Source of the DNA: Alkanindiges illinoisensis DSM 15370
GTDB taxonomy: Bacteria > Pseudomonadota > Gammaproteobacteria > Pseudomonadales > Moraxellaceae
Length of the DNA: 32,000 bases
NCBI RefSeq assembly: GCF_000619845.1
Contig: NZ_JHUX01000003.1
Location: forward strand, 1,330,064-1,362,063
Reading direction: 5' to 3'
Position 1 is the stretch's first letter. Each line of letters starts with the position of its first letter. The notes under the pieces are model-generated. The model had not been told where the DNA came from, did no database searches, and saw only the letters and a list, made by a program, of their open reading frames with translations. The translations under genes and the position numbers were made by a program. Positions 8,531-15,875 of the stretch are shown in pieces.

Positions 8531-8553
8531 TAATAGATAAAGCAATCAACAGA

Positions 8554-9267
8554 TTAAAAATGCGCTTCCAACCCTAAATAAGGCCCTTTTGCTTCAATCT
8601 TGTCAAAGCTACTGTTTGAATCATCATCAAAATTGATGGTCATGGCGCGGTAGCCAAACTTTACACCCAGATCCAGCGCAATATTCTGAATAAAGTTGTA
8701 TTTCACTTCAGCATTGATATCACTAAAATCCGCATCGCTATTCTGGCCTGCCATTACTTCCGCTTTGGCGCTAAAACCGGTAAATGGCAGCTTGCCGCCC
8801 GCAGCAACATATAAGGCTGGTACGGTTTCATCATAGTTATTTTTAACTATAGCGCCGGCATTACCGACGGTTAAACGCACCGCATCCTTGGTGTTCACCC
8901 GCTTTACCCCAAGCCCGGCATCAACACTGACGATATTGTCCAGAATTTCGTAATAGCCCAGCGCATCCAGCGTTTGCACACCGACGGTCTGATCAACGTT
9001 ATACAGGGCATTGCCAGAGCTTTCAGTATTGCTAAAATCGCTGTAGCGCAGCTTGATGTTAGGCACAAATGGAATCGGATGCTCAAAGGCCAGATTGTAC
9101 ACGGCATTAAACTTGTCATCCGACTGCCCCGCGCTATCTTCTGCCTTGGTATACATGCCATCCACACCGACATATAAGCCAATAAAATCAGCGTGCGCGG
9201 TGGTACTCAGCAGGCCAGCCAGTGCTGCTACTATTCCAAACCCATAATTTAAAAACTGCTTTGGCAT
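8554..9267 (-). CDS. Small outer-membrane beta-barrel protein, 237 aa
   Basis: It has a signal peptide (MPKQFLNYGFGIVAALAGLLSTTAHA|DF), alternating hydrophobic beta-strand patterning, and the C-terminal ...YLGLEAHF with a terminal aromatic residue typical of OMPs. It resembles small barrel families (OmpW or TIGR04219-like), but that family call is from memory only. Confidence 0.8.
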   Translation of the reverse strand: MPKQFLNYGFGIVAALAGLLSTTAHADFIGLYVGVDGMYTKAEDSAGQSDDKFNAVYNLAFEHPIPFVPNIKLRYSDFSNTESSGNALYNVDQTVGVQTLDALGYYEILDNIVSVDAGLGVKRVNTKDAVRLTVGNAGAIVKNNYDETVPALYVAAGGKLPFTGFSAKAEVMAGQNSDADFSDINAEVKYNFIQNIALDLGVKFGYRAMTINFDDDSNSSFDKIEAKGPYLGLEAHF

Positions 9268-9343
9268 TTTCGTTCCTGTTGTTTGATAAAGCTTTTACAT
9301 CTAATAAAGCGCTCAGTTGATTCATTTGATAGCGCTGTCATAA

Positions 9344-9390
9344 AAAGCGCGCCATTGTAAATCAGTTTTGAAATTTAATGGACACGCTTT
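9344..9390 (-). terminator. Possible terminator downstream of the 165-aa gene
   Basis: On the minus strand the structure is AAAGCG-tgt-CCATT ... AATGG-cg-CGCTTT, followed by TTAT. The stem is interrupted and the loop is 20 nt, so support is weak. Confidence 0.25.
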
Positions 9391-9445
9391 ATTGTTGTGC
9401 AATAGTGATGGATACATCTGCTTAAAGATAAAAATTTTTAGATTC

Positions 9446-9943
9446 TTACTTAACCAACGTAAATGTGTCTTTAAACTGTGGCCATTCCTGCAAAAAGCTG
9501 GTGGCATAAGGCTTGTCTTTGGCCAGCAGTTGATCCAGCTGCCGATGCACGGTGTAAAGCATAAATACATCCATTTCCAGCAGGTTGGCATCGAATGTAC
9601 CGGCTTCATTCAGGCGAGCCTGACGCTGTTGCTGTGCCACCTGCACAATAATATCCATTGCTTCCCGGCCTGCAAATACGGCATAGGCCCGCAGCCGCAA
9701 TTCCAGTTTTTGCCAGTCATCTGCCAATTGCTTAAAGGTAGCCAGCTCGCTTTGGGTCGAGCGCCAGCCAATTTGTGCAATATTGATTTTACCGCTAACG
9801 TTTTCCGGCAATACGGGTTCCAGCAAGTCAGCCGTACTTAAAAAAATCTTTTTGAGGGCCATCACCTGTGCAATATCCTTGGCACCCTGCCCCAGATCCA
9901 GCGTGGCAGTTTTTTGCAGGTCGGTTAAATAGACGTTAAGCAT
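9446..9943 (-). CDS. Conserved hypothetical protein, 165 aa
   Basis: The ORF-track entry 9446-10195 is trimmed to the ATG at 9943 (MLNVYLTDLQKTATLDLGQG...). The longer form would overlap the divergent PLP-enzyme gene by more than 130 nt, and its extra N-terminus is Cys/Ser/Ile-rich junk-like sequence. Soluble and helical-looking; family not recognised. Confidence 0.6.
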   Translation of the reverse strand: MLNVYLTDLQKTATLDLGQGAKDIAQVMALKKIFLSTADLLEPVLPENVSGKINIAQIGWRSTQSELATFKQLADDWQKLELRLRAYAVFAGREAMDIIVQVAQQQRQARLNEAGTFDANLLEMDVFMLYTVHRQLDQLLAKDKPYATSFLQEWPQFKDTFTLVK

Positions 9944-10058
9944 GACAGGCCATCTTTTATGATAAAAACAGCGTCTATTGTAGCGAACATTGCCAATAGA
10001 TTTTAAACTTCCGCCAATATATTCACGTTTGCCTGTTACTTTAATATGTTGATTACTG

Positions 10059-10952
10059 ATGCTGATTGATGCGGCTAATAGTCCTAACCAGCGACTGATG
10101 CTTGAATTTCCCAACAATATTAGCGTTTTTATCAAGCGTGAAGATTTGCTACACCCGCAGATTTCCGGCAATAAATTCCGCAAGCTTAAATACAATCTGC
10201 ATGCAGCACGGCAGATGGACTACAACACCTTGCTGACGTTTGGCGGTGCCTATTCCAACCATATTGCAGCGGTGGCAGCGGCAGGTGATGAATTTGGCTT
10301 TAACACCATTGGTATTATTCGCGGTGAAGAACTGGTTGATAAAATTAATGACAATCCAACGCTTAAGCTCGCCCAGCAACAAGGCATGCAGCTTGTGTTT
10401 ATCAGCCGTGCGGATTATCGCAGTAAAAGCCAGGCTGATTTTATCCAGAAGCTTAATAACCAGTTTGGTGAATTTTATTTAATTCCGGAAGGTGGAACCA
10501 ATGCACTGGCTGTAGAAGGTTGCAGGGAAATATTGACAGCACAGGACAAGCAACAATTTGATTATGTCTGCTGCGCGGTAGGCACAGGCGGCACTATTGC
10601 AGGCATTATTGAATCCAGTACTGATCAGCAAACCATTTTGGGCTTTCCCGCTCTCAAAGGTGATTTCTTGCAAGCACAAATCCAGCAATGGACGAATAAA
10701 ACCAACTGGCAGCTTATACCCGATTATCACGGTGGTGGTTATGCCAGAACCACGCCTGCGCTTTTGCAGTTTGTGCAAGATTTTAAAGCCCAGACCGGGA
10801 TTGAAATTGAACCGATTTATACCGGCAAAATGCTGTTTGGTTTATTTGATTTAATTCATAAACATTATTTTCCAGCAAACAGCCAGATTCTGGTAATTCA
10901 TACCGGTGGCCTGCAAGGCAACTTAAGCAGTCGATTTAACAGCGTTATCTAA
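10059..10952 (+). CDS. PLP-dependent enzyme of the 1-aminocyclopropane-1-carboxylate deaminase / D-cysteine desulfhydrase family
   Basis: 297 aa. It has the PLP-lysine motif ISGNKFRKLKYNL (GNKxRKL), a glycine-rich loop CAVGTGGTIAGI, and a C-terminal HTGG. Confidence 0.85.
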   Translation: MLIDAANSPNQRLMLEFPNNISVFIKREDLLHPQISGNKFRKLKYNLHAARQMDYNTLLTFGGAYSNHIAAVAAAGDEFGFNTIGIIRGEELVDKINDNPTLKLAQQQGMQLVFISRADYRSKSQADFIQKLNNQFGEFYLIPEGGTNALAVEGCREILTAQDKQQFDYVCCAVGTGGTIAGIIESSTDQQTILGFPALKGDFLQAQIQQWTNKTNWQLIPDYHGGGYARTTPALLQFVQDFKAQTGIEIEPIYTGKMLFGLFDLIHKHYFPANSQILVIHTGGLQGNLSSRFNSVI

Positions 10953-11046
10953 GCATCGAAATCTGGGTATTGAATAAATTTTTGCGGTTTAAACTTTTAC
11001 GGCTTAAATGACTGCTTCTCGCTTATAATTAGGTTTTTAGATTGCT

Positions 11047-12252
11047 GTGAAAATTTCCGTGCTACAAACTGATGTCATTATAATTGGTGCTGGTGCATCA
11101 GGCTTGATGTGTGCTGCGATTGCTGCCAAACGTGGCCGCCGCGTGCTGGTACTGGAACGTGCCAATAAGGTCGGCAAAAAAATCCTGATGTCTGGCGGGG
11201 GTCGCTGTAATTTTACTAACCTGTATGTTGAGCCGGAAAACTATCTTTCGCACAATCCGCATTTTGTGATTTCTGCCTTAAGTCGCTATACCCAGTGGGA
11301 TTTTCTGGGGCTGGTTGGTGACTATAAAATTCCCTATGAAGAACGCAAGCACGGCCAGTTGTTTTGCCTGAACAGCGCCAAGGATATTTTAAACATGCTG
11401 CTGGCCGAATGCGAGAAAACCGGCAAGGTCACCATTCAAACCAGCACTGAAATTGACAATGTACAAACCAGTAATCATGGCCAGTTTATCCTCAGTACTA
11501 ATCTGGGCAGCTATCAGTGTGAATCGCTGGTGGTGGCCAGTGGCGGTTTGTCCATTCCCACACTGGGCGGTTCAGGGTTTGGCTATGAGTTAGCCAAACA
11601 GTTTGGTCATCATGTGTATCCTACCCGCGCTGGACTAGTACCCTTTACTTTTTCTAACCAGTTTAAGGCCGTGACTGAGCGCCTATCCGGCAATGCACTG
11701 GATGTGACCTTAAGCAATCAAGACGCTGAATTCACCGAAGCCTTGCTGTTTACCCATCGGGGGTTAAGTGGCCCTAGCAGTTTGCAACTGTCCAATTACT
11801 GGCAGGTTGGCTCGCCTATTTCTATCAATTTTTTTCCAGCGTTGAATCTTGGCCAGTGGCTGATTGACAAAAAACAGGCGCAGCCCAAATCACTGTTGCG
11901 CACGGTACTCAGCGAGCTAATGGCCAAAAGTATTGTGCTCGAACTCCAGCAACTGGTCTGGCCGCAGCATAGCGATATGGCGCTGGGGCAATTACCGGAT
12001 GCCGTGTTGCAACAAATTGCCGGACAACTACAACAGTTTGAGCAGAAACCGTCAGGCACTGAAGGCTATCGCACCGCAGAAGTCACACTGGGCGGTGTGG
12101 ATACCACCGAGTTGTCTTCCAAAACCATGGAAAGCAAAAAGCAAAAAGGCCTGTATTTTATTGGTGAAGTGATGGATGTAACAGGTCATCTGGGCGGCTT
12201 TAATTTCCAGTGGGCATGGGCATCGGGGGTAGCTGCCGGCCAGGTGGTATAA
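11047..12252 (+). CDS. NAD(P)/FAD-dependent oxidoreductase, HI0933/YhiN (BaiN-like) family flavoprotein
   Basis: It has the Rossmann motif VIIIGAGASGLMCA, the family signature KILMSGGGRCNFTN, and the C-terminal GGFNFQWAWASG. The start is GTG. Confidence 0.88.
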   Translation: MKISVLQTDVIIIGAGASGLMCAAIAAKRGRRVLVLERANKVGKKILMSGGGRCNFTNLYVEPENYLSHNPHFVISALSRYTQWDFLGLVGDYKIPYEERKHGQLFCLNSAKDILNMLLAECEKTGKVTIQTSTEIDNVQTSNHGQFILSTNLGSYQCESLVVASGGLSIPTLGGSGFGYELAKQFGHHVYPTRAGLVPFTFSNQFKAVTERLSGNALDVTLSNQDAEFTEALLFTHRGLSGPSSLQLSNYWQVGSPISINFFPALNLGQWLIDKKQAQPKSLLRTVLSELMAKSIVLELQQLVWPQHSDMALGQLPDAVLQQIAGQLQQFEQKPSGTEGYRTAEVTLGGVDTTELSSKTMESKKQKGLYFIGEVMDVTGHLGGFNFQWAWASGVAAGQVV

Positions 12253-12348
12253 AGCAGAGCTATAGTTTTACCAACCCAATTACAAATCAAATTGATCTGC
12301 TTAACTGTGGCCCAGTGCAGTGGCCCATTAAATGATTTTATTTTTACC

Positions 12349-12912
12349 TTAAAAGATATATTCACTCAGGGGAAACATCTGCTTCGGTGGATAGTTGGGC
12401 ACATTTGGGTTAATGCTATCGGCCAGTTTTCCGGTTTTTGAAATAACGCTAAAGCTGCCATCAGTTTCCAGTATTACTGCCTCAACCTCCTGCAGATGGG
12501 CAATGCCTTGCGCCCGTACTGCTGCACTAATTTCATCAGGTGAAATACGCTGTTCCTTCATCGCCAGCTCAATGGCTTGTCCGTGATAAAACAATAAAGT
12601 CGGACGGCTTTTAATAACAGACCTGAATTTTTGCGAGCGTATCGAACAAAAGGAAAGAATGTATTGCAGGGAAATTAGCACAATAAAAGCTACTATTCCC
12701 TCAACCAGCGTGACATCCTTGGATAATAATATTGTCGCTAGTGTTGAGCCAAGCGCAAAAGTGATGACCAGATCAAAGGCATTCATCTTGGTTAAGGTGC
12801 GTTTGCCCGACACCCGTAACAGAAAAATCAGCGCAATATAAGCCAGTATGCCAACCACAACAACCCGGCCCAAATCCTGCCAAGACTGAAAAAACCACGA
12901 ACTCATAGACAT
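12349..12912 (-). CDS. DUF421/YetF-like membrane protein, 187 aa
   Basis: It has N-terminal TM helices and the motif GKRTLTKMNAFDLVITFALGSTLATILL characteristic of DUF421 proteins. The C-terminal soluble domain is ...ISPDEISAAVRAQGIAHLQEVEAVILETDGSFSVISK. Confidence 0.8.
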   Translation of the reverse strand: MSMSSWFFQSWQDLGRVVVVGILAYIALIFLLRVSGKRTLTKMNAFDLVITFALGSTLATILLSKDVTLVEGIVAFIVLISLQYILSFCSIRSQKFRSVIKSRPTLLFYHGQAIELAMKEQRISPDEISAAVRAQGIAHLQEVEAVILETDGSFSVISKTGKLADSINPNVPNYPPKQMFPLSEYIF

Positions 12913-13256
12913 TGTTAAATATCCTCCTTTGACATGGCTGTACCAAGTGGCTTAATAAATTTAGAGTTTCAGCAATTTAAAGTTACTTCATGAGTACACT
13001 GCATCCATCTGGTTAAAAACCTCATCTATAAACCTTAAAGCCATTGAGCACGATTTTTAGTAAAAAAATACTATGATTAATTAATACTTCCGTGTCCTGT
13101 ACATGGCCTCACCTTTTGCCTTATTGTTGTTATTTGCATTTCAAAAAGTGTCCTGCATAATAAATACCCTGTAATCAGTTTATTTTCATTATTCAGTTTT
13201 AGATTTTTACTGGTCAAAAATGAAGCAAATACGACCCATTATAGCTCATTCAATGC

Positions 13257-13304
13257 TGCACCACTTTGGTAGTTTTTTGCACTAAACCAGCCATTTTATG
13301 CACC
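13257..13304. promoter_or_regulatory. Cluster of three TGCAC(C/T)A elements resembling NtrC-type enhancer half-sites
   Basis: TGCACCACTTTGGTAGT (13257-13273) can be compared with the enteric NtrC consensus TGCACCAnnnTGGTGCA, quoted from memory. The others are TGCACTAAACCAGCCAT (13278-13294) and TGCACC (13299-13304). Spacing is about two helical turns. Confidence 0.4.
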
Positions 13305-13314
13305 AAAAAAAGAC

Positions 13315-13330
13315 TGGCACCAGAATGGCT
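13315..13330 (+). promoter_or_regulatory. Sigma54 (-24/-12) promoter candidate 1 upstream of amt
   Basis: TGGCAC-cagaa-TGGCT has correct GG-N10-GC spacing (GG 13316-13317, GC 13328-13329). It lies about 160 nt upstream of the amt ATG. Confidence 0.45.
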
Positions 13331-13411
13331 CAAATTTTCATAGCTATAAAATTTTTCAATTTTTAAAATTTATTCTTTAAATATCATTTTATTATAAATT
13401 AAATTAATTCT

Positions 13412-13427
13412 TGGCATTACAATTGAT
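13412..13427 (+). promoter_or_regulatory. Sigma54 (-24/-12) promoter candidate 2 upstream of amt
   Basis: TGGCAT-tacaa-TTGAT has a good -24 element, but the -12 element is TTGA instead of TTGC. It lies about 62 nt upstream of the ATG. An IHF-like TATCATtttaTTA sits at 13382-13394, between it and the TGCAC cluster. Confidence 0.35.
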
Positions 13428-13488
13428 ATACATTACCCAGTATTAAGTAAGTAGCTCCTTTCAAAACCGTTTTGGAACAGGTTCATTT

Positions 13489-14676
13489 ATGACCAGCAAT
13501 GACGTTTTATTTCTTCTTCTGGGCGCCATTTTGGTGCTGGCCATGCATGCCGGGTTCGCATTTTTAGAGGTCGGTACAGTCAGGACAAAAAATCAGGTGA
13601 ATGCCTTAAGTAAAATCCTGACTGACTTTGCCGTTTCAACCATTGCCTATTTCTTTATTGGCTATTATGTGGCCTATGGTACGCATTTTATGCATGCCGA
13701 TACTGCCATTACTACCGAGCACGGCTATAACCTGATCAGGTTTTTCTTCCTATTAACCTTTGCTGCCGCCATACCTGCCATTATTTCCGGGGGGATTGCC
13801 GAGCGGGCCAAGTTCCGCCCACAAACCATTGCCACCTTTACACTGGTTGCGCTGGTTTACCCCTTCTTTGAAGGAATTGCCTGGAACAATCATTTTGGTA
13901 TTCAGGATTGGCTGCTGCATACCTTTGGCGCCAATTTCCACGACTTTGCCGGTTCGGTGGTGGTGCATGCCATGGGAGGCTGGATTGCCCTGCCTGCAAT
14001 CATTCTGCTGGGAGCGCGTCAGGGTCGTTACGGCAAGGGTGGTAAAATCTCGGCGCATCCCCCCTCTTCCATTCCTTTTCTGGCACTAGGCGCATGGATT
14101 TTAATTGTAGGCTGGTTTGGCTTTAACGTAATGAGTGCCCAGAAAATCGAAGGCATTTCCGGGCTGGTGGCAGTAAATTCCCTGATGGCCATGGTCGGTG
14201 GCACACTAATGGCCAATACACTAGGCAAAAACGACCCCGGTTTCTTGCACAACGGGCCATTGGCAGGGTTAGTCGCCATTTGTGCCGGTTCTGATGTAGT
14301 ACACCCACTGGGAGCACTGTTTATTGGCGGTGTGGCTGGTGGCCTGTTTGTCTGGCTATTTACCTTTACCCAAAATCGCCTGCGTGTTGATGATGTGCTG
14401 GGAGTCTGGCCGCTCCATGGCGTATGTGGTGCGTTTGGGGGTCTTGCCGCAGGCATTTTTGGCTTGCAGGCGCTGGGCGGTCTGGGCGGTGTTTCCTTTA
14501 TGTCACAACTGATTGGCACTAGTTTGGGCATCAGCATTGCGCTGGCTGGCGGCTTTGTGGTGTATGGTATTTTAAAAGCCACCATTGGTATTCGCCTGAC
14601 CCCGGAAGAAGAATATAACGGTGCTGATTTAAGTATTCACCGGGTATCCTCCACCTACGACCAAAACCTGTTTTAA
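13489..14676 (+). CDS. amt: Ammonium transporter (Amt family), 395 aa
   Basis: It has ~11 TM segments and the Amt signatures HAGFAFLEVG, FAGSVVVHAMGGWIAL and DDVLGVWPLHGVCGAFGGLAAGIF. No glnK-like ORF lies adjacent on either side. Confidence 0.93.
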   Translation: MTSNDVLFLLLGAILVLAMHAGFAFLEVGTVRTKNQVNALSKILTDFAVSTIAYFFIGYYVAYGTHFMHADTAITTEHGYNLIRFFFLLTFAAAIPAIISGGIAERAKFRPQTIATFTLVALVYPFFEGIAWNNHFGIQDWLLHTFGANFHDFAGSVVVHAMGGWIALPAIILLGARQGRYGKGGKISAHPPSSIPFLALGAWILIVGWFGFNVMSAQKIEGISGLVAVNSLMAMVGGTLMANTLGKNDPGFLHNGPLAGLVAICAGSDVVHPLGALFIGGVAGGLFVWLFTFTQNRLRVDDVLGVWPLHGVCGAFGGLAAGIFGLQALGGLGGVSFMSQLIGTSLGISIALAGGFVVYGILKATIGIRLTPEEEYNGADLSIHRVSSTYDQNLF

Positions 14677-14709
14677 GGTGTTAAGCAGTCTTAAGTCACG
14701 TATGAACCA

Positions 14710-14756
14710 AAGCCATGTCAGGTCATGTTTTGAATCATGACCGCATGGCTTTTTTA
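14710..14756 (+). terminator. Rho-independent terminator of amt
   Basis: A long hairpin, AAGCCATGtcaGGTCATG-ttttgaat-CATGACCgCATGGCTT, is followed by TTTTT. Confidence 0.8.
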
Positions 14757-14921
14757 TGCCTACTCTTAGGCTAAATATCTTACTTTAAATAATTGGCTTA
14801 AAGAATTTTGAGATCAACTTATTATTGATCAAACTGTTACGTGATGCCAACCAATTCACTCCATTCCCTGAATAATGCTTCAGCCATAATTAATGCCATC
14901 ACAATAACCCGCGTAATAATC

Positions 14922-15443
14922 ATGGACTGGAATAGCGTTTTTTCATTTGATATACCCGTGCTGGAAATATTTGTGCGCGGTACAGTCATGTACCTGGCGC
15001 TAATTATCCTAATGCGGGTAATTTTAAAGCGACAGGCTGGCGGTATGGAAACTGGCGATTTGCTGCTGGTGATTTTGCTGGCCGATGCGTCTCAAAATGG
15101 TATGGCTGGTGATTATAAAACTGTGCCGGATGGCCTGATTCTGGTGGCTACCCTAATGTTCTGGAACTTTTTTCTGGACTGGCTGAGTTATCATTTTCGC
15201 TGGTTTGAGCGCCTGATGGATGCGCCGCCCTTGCCGCTGGTTAGAAATGGCAAAATGCTTCACCGCAACATGCGCAAGGAATTTGTAACACGGGCAGAAC
15301 TACTTAGCCAGTTGCGTGAACAGGGCATTGAACATATTGAACAGGTCAAAAAGGCCTGTATGGAAAGTGATGGCAAGCTTAGTGTAATTGAGTATGAACA
15401 ACGCAATAAACAGCAGACCAAGCCCCGGGAAAAACAAACCTAG
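14922..15443 (+). CDS. DUF421/YetF-like membrane protein (second copy), 173 aa
   Basis: MDWNSVFSFDIPVLEIFVRGTVMYLALIILMRVILKRQAGGMETGDLLLVILLADA... aligns in architecture with the 12349-12912 product. The C-terminal domains compare as ...RAELLSQLREQGIEHIEQVKKACMESDGKLSVIEY versus ...ISAAVRAQGIAHLQEVEAVILETDGSFSVISK. The start was moved from GTG 14841 to ATG 14922 by comparison with the paralogue. The RBS is weak. Confidence 0.75.
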   Translation: MDWNSVFSFDIPVLEIFVRGTVMYLALIILMRVILKRQAGGMETGDLLLVILLADASQNGMAGDYKTVPDGLILVATLMFWNFFLDWLSYHFRWFERLMDAPPLPLVRNGKMLHRNMRKEFVTRAELLSQLREQGIEHIEQVKKACMESDGKLSVIEYEQRNKQQTKPREKQT

Positions 15444-15469
15444 GGATTGGCCTACGTTAAATTGAATTT

Positions 15470-15832
15470 TTACTCAATGCTATGTCGTTCATTAAATGCC
15501 AAAACGCCTTTGACCATGCGGTAGATGTACCACAGGGTTAATGCAAACAAAATGACATAGCCAATCAGGATAAAACGGGTAATGGTGCCAATCAGGCCAA
15601 TAACCAACACGCACCAGAAGGTTTTGATTTGCCAGTCAAAATGACTTTGCAGCCAGGTGCCACGCACGTCATCCCGCTTTACATAATTCATGACAATCGC
15701 AATAATGGCTGTAATCCCTGAAAACAGGCCTAGCGCATACAGAATATAAATAATCAGGGTAAGCTGGCGGTTACTCTCAAGGTTTTGCAGGTTGTGAGAA
15801 TACTGCGTGTTCGATGGGTCATAATTATTCAT
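15470..15832 (-). CDS. Small integral membrane protein (DUF4870/COG3671-like), 120 aa
   Basis: It has three or four TM helices: LTLIIYILYALGLFSGITAIIAIVMNYVKRDDVRGTWLQSHFDWQIKTFWCVLVIGLIG... AAGGAAA lies 8 nt upstream of the ATG at 15832. The longer track ORF would overlap the upstream gene. Confidence 0.7.
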   Translation of the reverse strand: MNNYDPSNTQYSHNLQNLESNRQLTLIIYILYALGLFSGITAIIAIVMNYVKRDDVRGTWLQSHFDWQIKTFWCVLVIGLIGTITRFILIGYVILFALTLWYIYRMVKGVLAFNERHSIE

Positions 15833-15875
15833 GATCAATTTTCCTTTTTTAAATCGCTGATGGACAATTAAAAGA

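Noticed and set aside
6660-8550. Calling the AT-rich insert a mobile element
   Set aside because: I could find no integrase, transposase, terminal inverted repeats, flanking direct repeats or tRNA target. It is reported only as an accessory islet.
9944-10195. N-terminal 84-aa extension of ORF 9446-10195
   Set aside because: The extension would overlap the divergent PLP-enzyme gene (start 10059). It reads as Cys/Ser/Ile-rich non-protein-like sequence. The internal ATG at 9943 gives a clean divergent arrangement.
12913-13488. Small ORFs in the long amt upstream gap (for example MASPFALLLLFAFQKVSCIINTL and MKQIRPIIAHSMLHHFGSFLH)
   Set aside because: They are very short with no RBS, and the second overlaps the putative enhancer elements. 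The region is better explained as regulatory DNA.
14028-14585. 185-aa antisense ORF inside amt, and similar long antisense ORFs inside valS (5859-6371) and nuoM (25544-26089)
   Set aside because: These are mirror-frame ORFs within well-supported genes. Their products are Pro/Ser/Arg- or His/Gln-rich low-complexity sequence, typical of antisense frames.
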